Source: Candidatus Nanohaloarchaea archaeon (lineage in GTDB: Archaea; Nanohalarchaeota; Nanosalinia; Nanosalinales; Nanosalinaceae). From it: a stretch of DNA of 32,009 bases. Under the pieces are notes generated by a model that saw nothing but the letters and a program-made list of their open reading frames with translations, did not search any database and was not told the DNA's origin. Positions 1 through 9,488 of this stretch are shown piece after piece (positions within the stretch are counted from its first letter, which is position 1; each line of letters starts with the position of its first letter). The DNA is taken from assembly GCA_041639695.1 (NCBI GenBank), contig JBEQBQ010000013.1:1-32009 (forward strand). Direction: 5' to 3'. A program made the translations under genes and the position numbers.

Positions 1-834
1 CCCCCCTATATTTTTGCCCCAGAAATGGTGAATACCCCCAACCAAAACTAACACGAATAATGATTGTGCCGAAGTCGCAGTTTCTACAAGTGCGGCAGGC
101 CCAAGACTCAAGGCTACAGTTTGAGCCAAAACGGCGAGGTCATTCAAAAGTTCACTAACGGCCAGAAACTCAACTCTACTCCCTTTTACGGCAGTGAGAG
201 TCGAAACTATTTCTGTTCTCGTAGGGCTATGTAAGAGGAAAAACACGATAGGTATTAAGGCACCAATTCTCGACCAAAAGAAAATATTCCAGAAATCAGA
301 AAAACCGAGAATCCATCTAACAGCTAGAGAGTATATAGCAAATAGAAATGTGCCTGTAACAATTAACCAGAAGGCTCTGTTGGCTTCAAGATGGAAGAAC
401 TCTTTACCAAATTTCTTGGATGAAACCATTACAGAACCTGAAATCGCTAGAGCTATACCCAAATATTTACTGAAAGTAAAAATTTCATTCAGAAAAATGG
501 CTCCGAGGATCACAACAAATACAGGAGCAATACTGAAAATAGGTACAACTCTCGAAACTTCTTCCAAAGTTAGGGACTTCATATACAGGTAGACAGGTAG
601 AATGTACAAAACGCCTAACACAATAGAGACCGAGAGAACTTTGAGGGAGGGTACTCCGACATAACCCAAAATTGGAAGTATCAGGGCGAAAAGAGCTCCG
701 AAAACGCCTGTGAAAAAGGTCACAACGACAGGGTTAGTGATGAAGTCCTTCAACACAGTCTTATCCAAAACATTTCCTAAAGACCAGAAAAAGGCCGCAA
801 GCAGAGCAAAAACAAGATATCCAGATAAAACCAT
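1..834 (-). CDS. EamA/DMT family transporter (3' end runs off the window)
   Basis: Manual translation from ATG at 834: MVLSGYLVFALLAAFFWSLGNVLDK...EEVSRVVPIFSIAPVFVVILGAIFLNE..., open to position 1. Absent from the ORF track. Confidence 0.85.
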   Translation of the reverse strand, partial: MVLSGYLVFALLAAFFWSLGNVLDKTVLKDFITNPVVVTFFTGVFGALFALILPILGYVGVPSLKVLSVSIVLGVLYILPVYLYMKSLTLEEVSRVVPIFSIAPVFVVILGAIFLNEIFTFSKYLGIALAISGSVMVSSKKFGKEFFHLEANRAFWLIVTGTFLFAIYSLAVRWILGFSDFWNIFFWSRIGALIPIVFFLLHSPTRTEIVSTLTAVKGSRVEFLAVSELLNDLAVLAQTVALSLGPAALVETATSAQSLFVLVLVGGIHHFWGKNIGG

Positions 835-949
835 ACTTCTATTTTTATGAAATGAATTTTTATCGGTTTCTGAGCCTAACTAGAGAAAATATAACGTCCC
901 TCGTTCGTCGCTTTACCAAAAAATCCGAGATGCGAACCTGCAACGTAGT

Positions 950-1021
<72 letters not shown>

Positions 1022-1130
1022 ACAAACTTTGCCAAGTATTGATCAGGCCAGACGCCTTCAAAAACTGAAGCCGTCAAAACTGACCTTCTGTAAATTATTT
1101 CGAGTAGTTAAGTTCTTTAAATGGAGCGGT

Positions 1131-2009
1131 TTAGAGAGCGATCAACACCACGCCCACAATCAAAACCAGAGAACCAACAACTTTTCTCAGCATGTTCTCC
1201 TCGTTGAACAGGTAGCCTCCTGCCGCAACCGAAGCCAGAACCTGTAGTTGTAGTACTGGGATGACTTTTGATGCGGCAGCCAGTGAGTAAGCTATGAAGA
1301 TCGATAGGTAGGCTCCACTCGCCAGCAAACCAACCAGTAAAAAACTGGAAGGTCTTTCCCTTACGGCATTCCGTGCTTCCACAAGCTTCTCCCTTTTCTT
1401 TGTACCGAGGTATACGGTGAAGCATGCCGACATAACCAGGAAGATACCTGAAACATAGACTTCAGGTCTAATAGCTTGTGTACCGAAACGGTCCATTATC
1501 GAAGCGAAAGCATAAATTACGGAGGAAATCGAGGCCAGCAACGCCGCACGGTTGGAAAACAAACGTTTCAAAGGCCCTAAAAGCGACTGGTGCTTCCTCA
1601 ATAAAACAATATAGCTTCCGAACGTAACCGCCAGAATACCTGTAACAGTCAAAGGCGTCATAGCCTCACCTAGAATCGAAAATCCTAGGATCGCCGTAAA
1701 GATAGGTGTTAGCTTGGTTAAAGGTATTACTTCGCTTATCTCGCCTTGTTTGATCGAGTTGTTGTACGCGATTATTCCGAACGTGTTTGCCACACCCGAG
1801 CCTATTAGTGCGAGCCAAGGAACCAGGTTAGAAGTCAAACTAGTGTTTATGACGAAGTAGATTGAGAACGGAAGTATAAACAAGGTGGCTGACACTGAGA
1901 AGATGAAGTTGTAAGCCAGTCCGGAAAGATCTTGTGTCAGTTTCTTTGTAACTACGTTAAGTATTGAGAAGAATGTGGCCGATGCTAGTGCGGCCAGTAA
2001 CCATTCCAT
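1131..2009 (-). CDS. EamA/DMT family transporter
   Basis: About 10 hydrophobic helices in two repeats, with the typical GEISEVIPL..P.F..ILG...LGE motif. Confidence 0.9.
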   Translation of the reverse strand: MEWLLAALASATFFSILNVVTKKLTQDLSGLAYNFIFSVSATLFILPFSIYFVINTSLTSNLVPWLALIGSGVANTFGIIAYNNSIKQGEISEVIPLTKLTPIFTAILGFSILGEAMTPLTVTGILAVTFGSYIVLLRKHQSLLGPLKRLFSNRAALLASISSVIYAFASIMDRFGTQAIRPEVYVSGIFLVMSACFTVYLGTKKREKLVEARNAVRERPSSFLLVGLLASGAYLSIFIAYSLAAASKVIPVLQLQVLASVAAGGYLFNEENMLRKVVGSLVLIVGVVLIAL

Positions 2010-2054
2010 CCGATACAGTACCTAAAAAGTGGAGAAGGTATCGATTGGGGTTTT

Positions 2055-2216
2055 TTATCCTGCGAACTCTGCGTTCTTAGGTCTTAGGTTGTTGTAACCG
2101 CATTTTCTGCAGGAGCTGGATTCCGGGTCGTCGGTTCTATTGGTTGCGTTACACTTTCTGCAAACATAGACGTCCCCGAAAATTCTTTTCTTAGCCTCTT
2201 CAAATCTCTGTGCCAT
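2055..2216 (-). CDS. rpl40e: 50S ribosomal protein L40e
   Basis: Manual translation MAQRFEEAKKRIFGDVYVCRKCNATNRTDDPESSSCRKCGYNNLRPKNAEFAG (53 aa) shows the CxxC...CRKCG..LRPK signature. Confidence 0.93.
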   Translation of the reverse strand: MAQRFEEAKKRIFGDVYVCRKCNATNRTDDPESSSCRKCGYNNLRPKNAEFAG

Positions 2217-2284
2217 AGTTTATAGTACCTCTTAATTTGTTGATTCCCCGGTTAATTTTAAGTAGTTGGATGTAATCTAAGGCC

Positions 2285-2848
2285 ATGTCTCTGGATAGAG
2301 GGCTCTTTGAACTGGTTCATTCCTTTACCGGGAACGGATTCATCGATTCCATGATGGTTCTTTTCGCAGAGTATCTTGTTTTGGTGGTCCCGGCAGTACT
2401 AGTATACCTATGGTTTAAGGGACGGGAGGGAAAGAACGATTCTGTTCTGACTTTTGGGGCCACTATAACAGGTATCTCAGTAGCTTATGGTATGGGCCTT
2501 CTTTACTTCCATCAAAATCCATCCACAGTCTATGATACGATTGTTGCGGCAAAGCCCGAGAATGCTTTTCCGAGCCAGCATACCGCGGCAGTGTTTTCAG
2601 CTGCATGGCCCTTGTTCCTGAGGGAAAGAAGAAACCTTGGTTACCTGACTCTGATTTCCGCTGCACTTACCGGATTTGCCAGAGTTTACATCGGTGAGCA
2701 CTGGCCTGTAGACGTACTTGGAGCTATTGTAGCTTCACTGGCCGCCATCATCTTCGTCTATGTTTTCAGTGATGAGGTTGACCTCTTGGAGCCTGTTTAC
2801 AGTTTTTCTGAAACGATAGAAAGCCGGGTTAAAAATGTTTTAGCTTGA
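2285..2848 (+). CDS. PAP2-family membrane phosphatase (BcrC-like lipid pyrophosphate phosphatase)
   Basis: FPSQH and ARVYIGEHWPVD motifs; several TM helices. Confidence 0.88.
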   Translation: MSLDRGLFELVHSFTGNGFIDSMMVLFAEYLVLVVPAVLVYLWFKGREGKNDSVLTFGATITGISVAYGMGLLYFHQNPSTVYDTIVAAKPENAFPSQHTAAVFSAAWPLFLRERRNLGYLTLISAALTGFARVYIGEHWPVDVLGAIVASLAAIIFVYVFSDEVDLLEPVYSFSETIESRVKNVLA

Positions 2849-3325
2849 GTTCCACTCAGAATCAAGATAGTTGAATACTCTCGCGACAGCTGCGTAATCC
2901 TCTACTTCATACCCCATTCTTGCTGTAGTATTGTTTGTCTGGTTAGAAGCCAAATTCATAGAAACAAGGCTCTTAAGTAGAGCTCCTTCAATAGGGTAGT
3001 TGATGTCGCCGCTTTCTTCATCCGGCTTAACCCTTCGACCCACTCTATCCACTGTATTATGTATCTCTTTCTGCTGGAACTCGGTGTAGTGATTTCTGTA
3101 ATGTGCTAGTACTGTAGTGTCCCAGACTTCTCCCGTACTATTCTTCATTCCAAGCTGTTTGAAGCCGTCATAAGCTTTTTTCAGTACTTCTAAGGCTTCT
3201 GGACGAGTGTAAAAATAGTCCAGCTCGTTTACTGCGTGTTGTTCAAGCTCTTCCGGAAGATCAAGTTCGTCTTCCTCCAGAACTAGTTCTGCCTCCACCT
3301 GTCTCAGAAAGCTGGGCTCATCCAT
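2840..3325 (-). CDS. Hypothetical acidic protein, possible C-terminal winged helix
   Basis: Acidic composition typical of this genome; LKSLVSMNL...GYEV resembles a helix-wing motif. Confidence 0.6.
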   Translation of the reverse strand: MDEPSFLRQVEAELVLEEDELDLPEELEQHAVNELDYFYTRPEALEVLKKAYDGFKQLGMKNSTGEVWDTTVLAHYRNHYTEFQQKEIHNTVDRVGRRVKPDEESGDINYPIEGALLKSLVSMNLASNQTNNTTARMGYEVEDYAAVARVFNYLDSEWNSS

Positions 3326-3373
3326 CAATCATAATTGAAGGTATTAAATTCTTATAGATCGAAGATTCGAGTT

Positions 3374-3931
3374 ATGAGAACCGTAACCGTTGTAGGCGGA
3401 GGAGTTGCCGGGCTTCAGGCCGCGGTCATGACCGCAAAAGCAGGAGAAGACACACTAGTTCTGGATACAGGAGAATCGCTTGTAAACAATACAGCAAACA
3501 TTCAGAACCTGGTGGGCCATGAATCAATCAGCGGGCAGGAAATACTTAACTCCGGAAAGCAAAAGCTTGATGACTTTAACGGAGAACTTAAAGAGGAGGA
3601 AGTTGAGAAAGTTGAGAGAACTGAGGAAGGTTTTCTGATTAAGACAGATGAGGATGAGTATGAGTCGGAGTATGTTGTTATTGCTTCTGCCGGCAGCCTC
3701 GAGTTTCTGGATGTTGATGTAGAGTTTGAGGACGGTGTTGAAGGCCCTTACATGATGGAAGAACATGTTAAAACGGATGAAAGCAATAAAGCTGCTGAAA
3801 ACTTGTATGTTGCGGGTCTCGCTAACTCTTGGGAGTACCAGACCTCTACGGCTTTAGGCGATGGTGCTAAAGCTGCTGTAAACCTTCTTTCCGACAAGTA
3901 TGGTGAGCCGTTTACCGACCACGATACGTAG
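3374..3931 (+). CDS. Short FAD-dependent oxidoreductase (thioredoxin-reductase-like FAD domain only)
   Basis: VVGGGVAGLQAA, VVIASAG, NLYVAG, A.GDGAKAA motifs; start moved to ATG 3374. Confidence 0.85.
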   Translation: MRTVTVVGGGVAGLQAAVMTAKAGEDTLVLDTGESLVNNTANIQNLVGHESISGQEILNSGKQKLDDFNGELKEEEVEKVERTEEGFLIKTDEDEYESEYVVIASAGSLEFLDVDVEFEDGVEGPYMMEEHVKTDESNKAAENLYVAGLANSWEYQTSTALGDGAKAAVNLLSDKYGEPFTDHDT

Positions 3932-4234
3932 GTGGTTCAGATGGCGCCGATTTTGGATAGAGTAGATGGCTGTCCCGTGGATTCGAACGGGACGTTATGT
4001 TTTGGGCCTAAGGAGAGCCACTGGAGAATTTTTGGAACCGAGCTTAGACGACTAGATTACCATTTTATGGTGTCGCTGATACTTGGGCTTCTCGTGTTCG
4101 GCCTGCTTGAGCTTCTGGAAAGGAGAGGAAGGATCGATATCTCGATTTACAGAAAGATACTGGTATCGCTGGTCTCGATCCTGGCTATCTTCCTAGTGCT
4201 AGCGTACATGATCCCGATACAAGTCTACTACTAG
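3932..4234 (+). CDS. Small two-TM membrane protein
   Basis: Two hydrophobic helices; abuts the oxidoreductase stop codon. Start uncertain (GTG 3932 or ATG 3941). Confidence 0.55.
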   Translation: MVQMAPILDRVDGCPVDSNGTLCFGPKESHWRIFGTELRRLDYHFMVSLILGLLVFGLLELLERRGRIDISIYRKILVSLVSILAIFLVLAYMIPIQVYY

Positions 4235-4312
4235 TCCAGCCTTGTGCCAGTCTATAATCCACTATTGGGTGGTGCTAGAAGATATGTAAACGGTTTAACC
4301 CATTTCTCAGGT

Positions 4313-4654
4313 ATGGTCAGCTATAGCTTCGATGAAGATTACAGGTGGCACGGCAGGCACATGCTCGAGATAGAAGACAATAAATTTGAGATACCTGCGC
4401 ATCCCGGACAACAAGGCTACAGAGCAGTACCAACACTTTACGGGCTTAGTCAAGGCAGACACCTAGAACAAGTCACGGAAGAAGTTTACGAGAATAAACC
4501 GGGAAAAGTACAGAGCCAGATACTAGACGGGATAAAAGATCTTTTGGAAGACGACAGACTTCCCGAAAAATACAGGTACGAAGTAAAAGAGGTAATAGAA
4601 AACGAGTTTGACTTCTTCAGGACAGAATCAGATCCAAGTTTTGGTGTCCCCTAA
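4313..4654 (+). CDS. Hypothetical protein
   Basis: Acidic ORF; the likely start is ATG 4313 rather than 4244. Confidence 0.55.
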   Translation: MVSYSFDEDYRWHGRHMLEIEDNKFEIPAHPGQQGYRAVPTLYGLSQGRHLEQVTEEVYENKPGKVQSQILDGIKDLLEDDRLPEKYRYEVKEVIENEFDFFRTESDPSFGVP

Positions 4655-5373
4655 ACCCGTTCCTCAATCTTTTTCACACCTTCAACCAGTCTAGGTCCCG
4701 GCCTATTCAGCAGGGAATCGTCCACAACAAAAACATTTTCATTTTGAACCGCTTCAATTTCTTCCCAGTCTTCCCTGCGTTCGATTATCGAAGGATCAAG
4801 CCCAGGTCCCGCACCGCAGATATGCAGAACAATAAGCTCGGGATCAAACTGTTTCAACTCTTCCAACTCAAACTCACGGCTTCTACCGCTCTCAATAAAG
4901 TATTCTCCGTTACCTTTTTCGATAAGATCGGGAACCCAGTTGCCTGAAGCCATGGGAGGGTCCATCCACTCTTCACAGTAAACCTTGGTATTTTCAAGAT
5001 CAATATCGTTTATCTCAGACTTCATACTTTCAACAACTTTCACTGCCTCAGACCTTTTGCCGACCTTCTCACCTATACGGATTATTGAGTCAAATACTTC
5101 GTCCAATCTATGGGGCTTTACCTGTAAAACTTCTAACCCGTTTTCCTCAAGCTCTTCAACCGCTTCATCCTGCAACTCATCTGAAGCCAACACAAGGTCG
5201 GGTTCAAAGCTTTCAACCCTCTCAATATCAGGGTTAGTCCATCCGCCTATACTTGGAAGCTTTCTAGCCTCTTCAGGGAAATCACATAGGGAGGTGGTCG
5301 CCACAATTTGATCTCCGGCACCTATCTCGAACAATATCTCTGTGTTTGAAGGAGCTAACGAAACAATCCTCAT
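4651..5373 (-). CDS. Cobalamin-binding / TroA-like substrate-binding protein (BtuF-like), no signal peptide
   Basis: Starts MRIVSLAPSNTEILFEIG; contains CDFP, IGG...PDIERV...PDLV and LNRPGPRL. Confidence 0.85.
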   Translation of the reverse strand: MRIVSLAPSNTEILFEIGAGDQIVATTSLCDFPEEARKLPSIGGWTNPDIERVESFEPDLVLASDELQDEAVEELEENGLEVLQVKPHRLDEVFDSIIRIGEKVGKRSEAVKVVESMKSEINDIDLENTKVYCEEWMDPPMASGNWVPDLIEKGNGEYFIESGRSREFELEELKQFDPELIVLHICGAGPGLDPSIIERREDWEEIEAVQNENVFVVDDSLLNRPGPRLVEGVKKIEERV

Positions 5374-5452
5374 AGAAAACGAAAGTAAATCGAACTGTTT
5401 TGAGCTCTTCGGTTTCGAAACTGTTTTCAAACTCTGCAAACCTTTTCCAACC

Positions 5453-6295
5453 ATGAATCTTAGAGTTGGAGCCCACGTATCTATCTCGGGAGGAGTTGAA
5501 AAAGCTATCGAAAGACAGGAGGACGAGACAGGTAACTGCGGCCAAATATTTGCAGGAAGCCCTAGAACCTGGAGCGTATCAGAATATACTGAAGAGGAAG
5601 GAGAAAAATTCAGACAAGCCATGGAAGATGCTGATCAAAAACCGTACGTAATCCACTCAACCTACCTGGTTAACCTGGCAACGCCAAAGGACGACCTGTT
5701 CGAGAAATCGTTGAACTGTCTGCAGTCGGAGCTTGATGCAGCCTCCACACTCGGCGTAAAATATGTTGTCTTCCATCCTGGATCCCACACAGGTTCAGGA
5801 AGAGAAAACGGTATAGAGAGGATAGCTGAAGGAATCGATGAGCTTGATATTCCTGACAACGTAACACTTCTACTCGAAAATACCGCGGGCAAAGGCACCA
5901 CTCTTGGGAAATCTATGGGCGAGCTCAGAAAAATGATTGAAACTGCAGATACAGATTCAGGAAAGATCGGGGTTTGTATAGACACATGCCACGCACACGC
6001 CGCAGGATACAATCTGGTCTCCGATGAAGGCTTCAAAGACTTTCTACAGGAGATCGAAGAAGATCTAGGAATCGGAAAAGTTAAGGTCCTGCACCTCAAC
6101 GATTCGAAGGATGAGAGAGGTAGCGAGAAAGACAACCACGAGGATATCGGATACGGGAATATAGGCGAAGAAGGTTTCTCAAATATCGTCAACTCTGATA
6201 AACTGGAGGAGAAACCTATGGTACTGGAGACTCCAAGCGATAACCGGGCTAGTTACAAGGAGAATATTGAGAAGATAAGAGAGCTGCATAACTAA
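5453..6295 (+). CDS. nfo: Endonuclease IV (AP endonuclease)
   Basis: GAHVSI, IHSTYLVNL, FHPGS, LENTAG, CIDTCH, HLNDSK, DNHEDIG and VLETP Zn-ligand motifs. Confidence 0.95.
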   Translation: MNLRVGAHVSISGGVEKAIERQEDETGNCGQIFAGSPRTWSVSEYTEEEGEKFRQAMEDADQKPYVIHSTYLVNLATPKDDLFEKSLNCLQSELDAASTLGVKYVVFHPGSHTGSGRENGIERIAEGIDELDIPDNVTLLLENTAGKGTTLGKSMGELRKMIETADTDSGKIGVCIDTCHAHAAGYNLVSDEGFKDFLQEIEEDLGIGKVKVLHLNDSKDERGSEKDNHEDIGYGNIGEEGFSNIVNSDKLEEKPMVLETPSDNRASYKENIEKIRELHN

Positions 6296-7467
6296 CAGCT
6301 TCCCTTCTTCTCAATTACAGCATGGCCGCGGTGGTCCTGAAGTTCAATAGCAGAGTCTACAGAATAAGTTGATTCCCCTATCTGGAACTCTTCACCGCGT
6401 TCGTATCCTTCAATCGCTCCATCGTCTATAGAAAGGAATACTCTATCTCCGTTGATAGCGTTCAACTCAACTTCATAGTACTGGTTGCCTGACTCCACTA
6501 GATCTGAAACACCTGTTTTCAGTGAGGTCTGAGACTCAATACAGTTGTAATCAATTGCAATACCGTGTTCGTAGTCGGGAATTGGATCCACATCAACTAC
6601 AACGATTGAATCGTCAAGGACTCCGATCTCATCTCCCTCCTCGTAAGTATCAGAGTCTACAACTTCTCCGTCCTGCTCTACACGGATGTAAGTTGTTTCG
6701 TCCTTGGCCGAACCGATAAGTATCTCATAATCTTCGCCATTAACGTTTACATCCTTCGATCCCCCCATCGAAACAAAGGTTCTACTGTCGTAGGTATCTC
6801 CGTGCCAGCCTACACTGACATTATTCTTCGAGATATCTTCTACACGGGCTGAGGGAGAGCTATTTGACTCGGTGGCCTGTTGAATCTGGTTGAACGCCTG
6901 ATTGAGCTCCTCGGGTTCATAGATAAAGCCGATGTTGGTATCTCCTTCCCCTCTTATCAATATGCTTGAGTGTTCGTAATCATCCTCAAGGCCTTCAAGG
7001 TTTGAGGCTGCAGCCACCATGATGTCTGTTAGAGGTACTGAGATGTCTTTGATAAGTTTGTCGGTTTTTCCTACTTGGTTGATGTATTTTATGTTCTGGT
7101 TCTCGAATCCTAGAGGCGTTTGGTCAAAGACCTGTTCCAGTCCCAGATCTATGGTGACTGAGGGTTTGTCATCTTCCTGGTCGAAAAGCCTAGTGATATG
7201 TCGGTCATCGTAACCTATGTCTCTCAGCTGATTACCTATCTGAATTGCTGCATCCTTTATTGTTCTCTCTGTGTCATCAGCATCTGCTTCTTTTCCGTCG
7301 TTCTCGGTCTGTTCAAGCTTTGTTGCCGTCTCTGCTAGGGTTTCCGTGTCTCCCGTTTCTTGTGTCGATTTTTGGTTTTCGGCTTTGTTTGAGTTACAGC
7401 CTGCAACTGAGCCGGTTAGTGCGGCTCCTACGCCTGCAAGCACACTTCTCCTCGTTCTCTTTCCCAA
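6292..7467 (-). CDS. Tat-exported lipoprotein with two C-terminal beta-rich repeats
   Basis: TRRSVL twin-arginine motif, hydrophobic stretch, lipobox VAGC, T/E-rich linker. Probable TTG start at 7467. Confidence 0.75.
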   Translation of the reverse strand: MGKRTRRSVLAGVGAALTGSVAGCNSNKAENQKSTQETGDTETLAETATKLEQTENDGKEADADDTERTIKDAAIQIGNQLRDIGYDDRHITRLFDQEDDKPSVTIDLGLEQVFDQTPLGFENQNIKYINQVGKTDKLIKDISVPLTDIMVAAASNLEGLEDDYEHSSILIRGEGDTNIGFIYEPEELNQAFNQIQQATESNSSPSARVEDISKNNVSVGWHGDTYDSRTFVSMGGSKDVNVNGEDYEILIGSAKDETTYIRVEQDGEVVDSDTYEEGDEIGVLDDSIVVVDVDPIPDYEHGIAIDYNCIESQTSLKTGVSDLVESGNQYYEVELNAINGDRVFLSIDDGAIEGYERGEEFQIGESTYSVDSAIELQDHRGHAVIEKKGSC

Positions 7468-7508
7468 TTTAAAACACCTTAATATGTTGTCAACAAACAG
7501 TAACACTT

Positions 7509-7898
7509 TTAACTATTTGTGTTGGTTTCACTAATTTCTTCTCTAATTTTTTTATCGGTCTCGTAAATACCTCCTACAATTTCTGCGCCCCTGGAGGTCA
7601 ACTCAACGTACTCCTCCGGTTCATAGTTAACTATGCCCAAGTTCGCTAAAGCATCTATTTCTCTTTTCGCCTTCAGACTCGTGTTGCCAGTTGTTTCAAC
7701 AGGTTGAAGACTAGATTCAACAACATCCCATGAGACTCTTCCATTCTCCTCTTCCAGTACCTGATAAACCAGTTTAACACGCTTCTTTTCAGCACCTAGA
7801 ACACGCATAACCTTCTCTAGATCGCCAATATTTAGACCTATAAGAGGATTATCTTGGTAAGTTCCATAGTTAGTATTTTCACTTTCCTCTGGCGCCAT
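7509..7898 (-). CDS. Winged-helix DNA-binding protein
   Basis: IDALANLGIV....YVELTSRG is a typical wHTH C-terminus. Confidence 0.7.
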   Translation of the reverse strand: MAPEESENTNYGTYQDNPLIGLNIGDLEKVMRVLGAEKKRVKLVYQVLEEENGRVSWDVVESSLQPVETTGNTSLKAKREIDALANLGIVNYEPEEYVELTSRGAEIVGGIYETDKKIREEISETNTNS

Positions 7899-8012
7899 TT
7901 GGAATCAACTGATCTATGTAGTACCTAAGAACTCCAGATTTATCAATTATATTATGATTCGAAACTTGCTTGTCTGGATAAGTTAAAAACCAGTTAGCCG
8001 CAAACATGTCCT

Positions 8013-8912
8013 ATGCCGCTACATGGTATCGAGGCCGACCTTGAACTCGCCGCACTAATAATCGGGAGCGCACTAATCTCATACTTGATAGAAGGCGCAT
8101 TAGTATCAAACTACCTATTCGCAGGACTGTTGGCCGGACTATTCTTCCTAGTCGGAACACACCTCGAACACTTCAATCCACGCAAAAGAGAGGTTGTAAC
8201 AGGAGTTCTCTCGATATACTTGACCGGTCTCGGGATAGGAGGCATCCTATACCTACTCGGCTTTGGACCTGTAATGTTGGCTTTAGGTCTTTCAGCCGCA
8301 GCAATAGGCTCACCCTCAATCTGGTCCAACCTTTCAAGTGCTGACGGCGACCTTGCATCAGAAATCTCAAGCGCAGCAGTCGTATCCTCGATAATCATAA
8401 TTCCTTCAGTCTCTCTTCTGCTGCCTATGAAATTTGACTTCACCGCGCTGCATGTTGCAGTGGCTTACTTGCCTATGGTCGCAGGCTACCTACTGAAAAC
8501 TTCCAGCTTCGAATACATTCAGGAGGCAAGAGTACACTTCTCTAAGCTCTCACTGTTCCTTATTCTACTAATTACAGGCTTACAGGTACAGTTATTGCTT
8601 GATTCTGGGGCTTACATCTCAATAATCTCGATTGTAGGTAAGGCATCCGTATTTGCGGTATTCTTCATGGCTTGCTTCCTGGCTTCCTACCCGGTCTCCC
8701 GTTTACTCGGTTTCAACATTAAGCAGTCCCGGGCGATAGCTTTCTCCAGCTCCTCGAAAAACGTAGCGATCGGCTTCCTGTTAGCTTCGATGATATCGGC
8801 TGAAGCTGTCGCATCGGTCGGAATTTACTACGCGGTAAGACAGTTGATGGGTGTCGGAACCGTTGATTTCTTCGAGGAAGAAACGGATATTGCCCAAAGG
8901 TTAGGCTTATAA
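8013..8912 (+). CDS. Divergent bile acid:Na+ symporter (BASS)-like membrane protein
   Basis: About 10 TM helices; SNLSSADGDLAS and RAIAFSSSSKNVAIG resemble BASS motifs. Confidence 0.65.
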   Translation: MPLHGIEADLELAALIIGSALISYLIEGALVSNYLFAGLLAGLFFLVGTHLEHFNPRKREVVTGVLSIYLTGLGIGGILYLLGFGPVMLALGLSAAAIGSPSIWSNLSSADGDLASEISSAAVVSSIIIIPSVSLLLPMKFDFTALHVAVAYLPMVAGYLLKTSSFEYIQEARVHFSKLSLFLILLITGLQVQLLLDSGAYISIISIVGKASVFAVFFMACFLASYPVSRLLGFNIKQSRAIAFSSSSKNVAIGFLLASMISAEAVASVGIYYAVRQLMGVGTVDFFEEETDIAQRLGL

Positions 8913-8977
8913 GCTTCTCAAAAGCTAGAACTTTTACAGAAGAACATAACCGAATTTTTTGATGAGGTAAACTTGAT

Positions 8978-9481
8978 ATGTCAGATATACACGATGATCA
9001 GAGAGTAGGCGTCTACGTAGACGTCCAAAACATGTACTACAGCGCAAAAAACCTATACGAATCCAAAGTAGACTTTGACAAACTGCTCGATGCAGCTGTA
9101 ATGAACAGAAACCTAATCAGAGCATCAGCATACGTAATTAAAGCAGACACCCCGGACGAAGAAGACTTCTTCGAAGCACTGAGAAGAATCGGCTACGAAG
9201 TAAAGATAAAAGAACTCAAAGAGTTCTACGGAGGACAGAAAAAAGGCGACTGGGACCTCGGCATGAGCGTTGACATGATCCAGCAAGCCAAAAAGCTTGA
9301 CACAATCGTACTAGTAACAGGTGATGGGGACTTCGCAGTACTTGTCGACCACCTCAAAGCTATGGGCTGCAGGGTAGAAGTCATGTCATTCGGGAAAAGC
9401 TCAGCGAAAGAAATCAGAGAGTCCGCCACCAACTTCATCGACATGGACGAAAACCCGGAAAAGTTCCTCGTAGACAGGTAA
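8978..9481 (+). CDS. NYN-domain (LabA/DUF88) PIN-fold ribonuclease
   Basis: VYVDVQN, KGDWDLGMSVD and LVTGDGDF motifs. Confidence 0.92.
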   Translation: MSDIHDDQRVGVYVDVQNMYYSAKNLYESKVDFDKLLDAAVMNRNLIRASAYVIKADTPDEEDFFEALRRIGYEVKIKELKEFYGGQKKGDWDLGMSVDMIQQAKKLDTIVLVTGDGDFAVLVDHLKAMGCRVEVMSFGKSSAKEIRESATNFIDMDENPEKFLVDR

Positions 9482-9488
9482 AAAAATT

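Noticed and set aside
194-592. 132-aa plus-strand ORF
   Set aside because: Antisense shadow of the EamA gene at 1-834.
5342-5622. Long overlap between the BtuF-like ORF and nfo
   Set aside because: An artefact of upstream start choice; family-typical starts at 5373 and 5453 remove the overlap.
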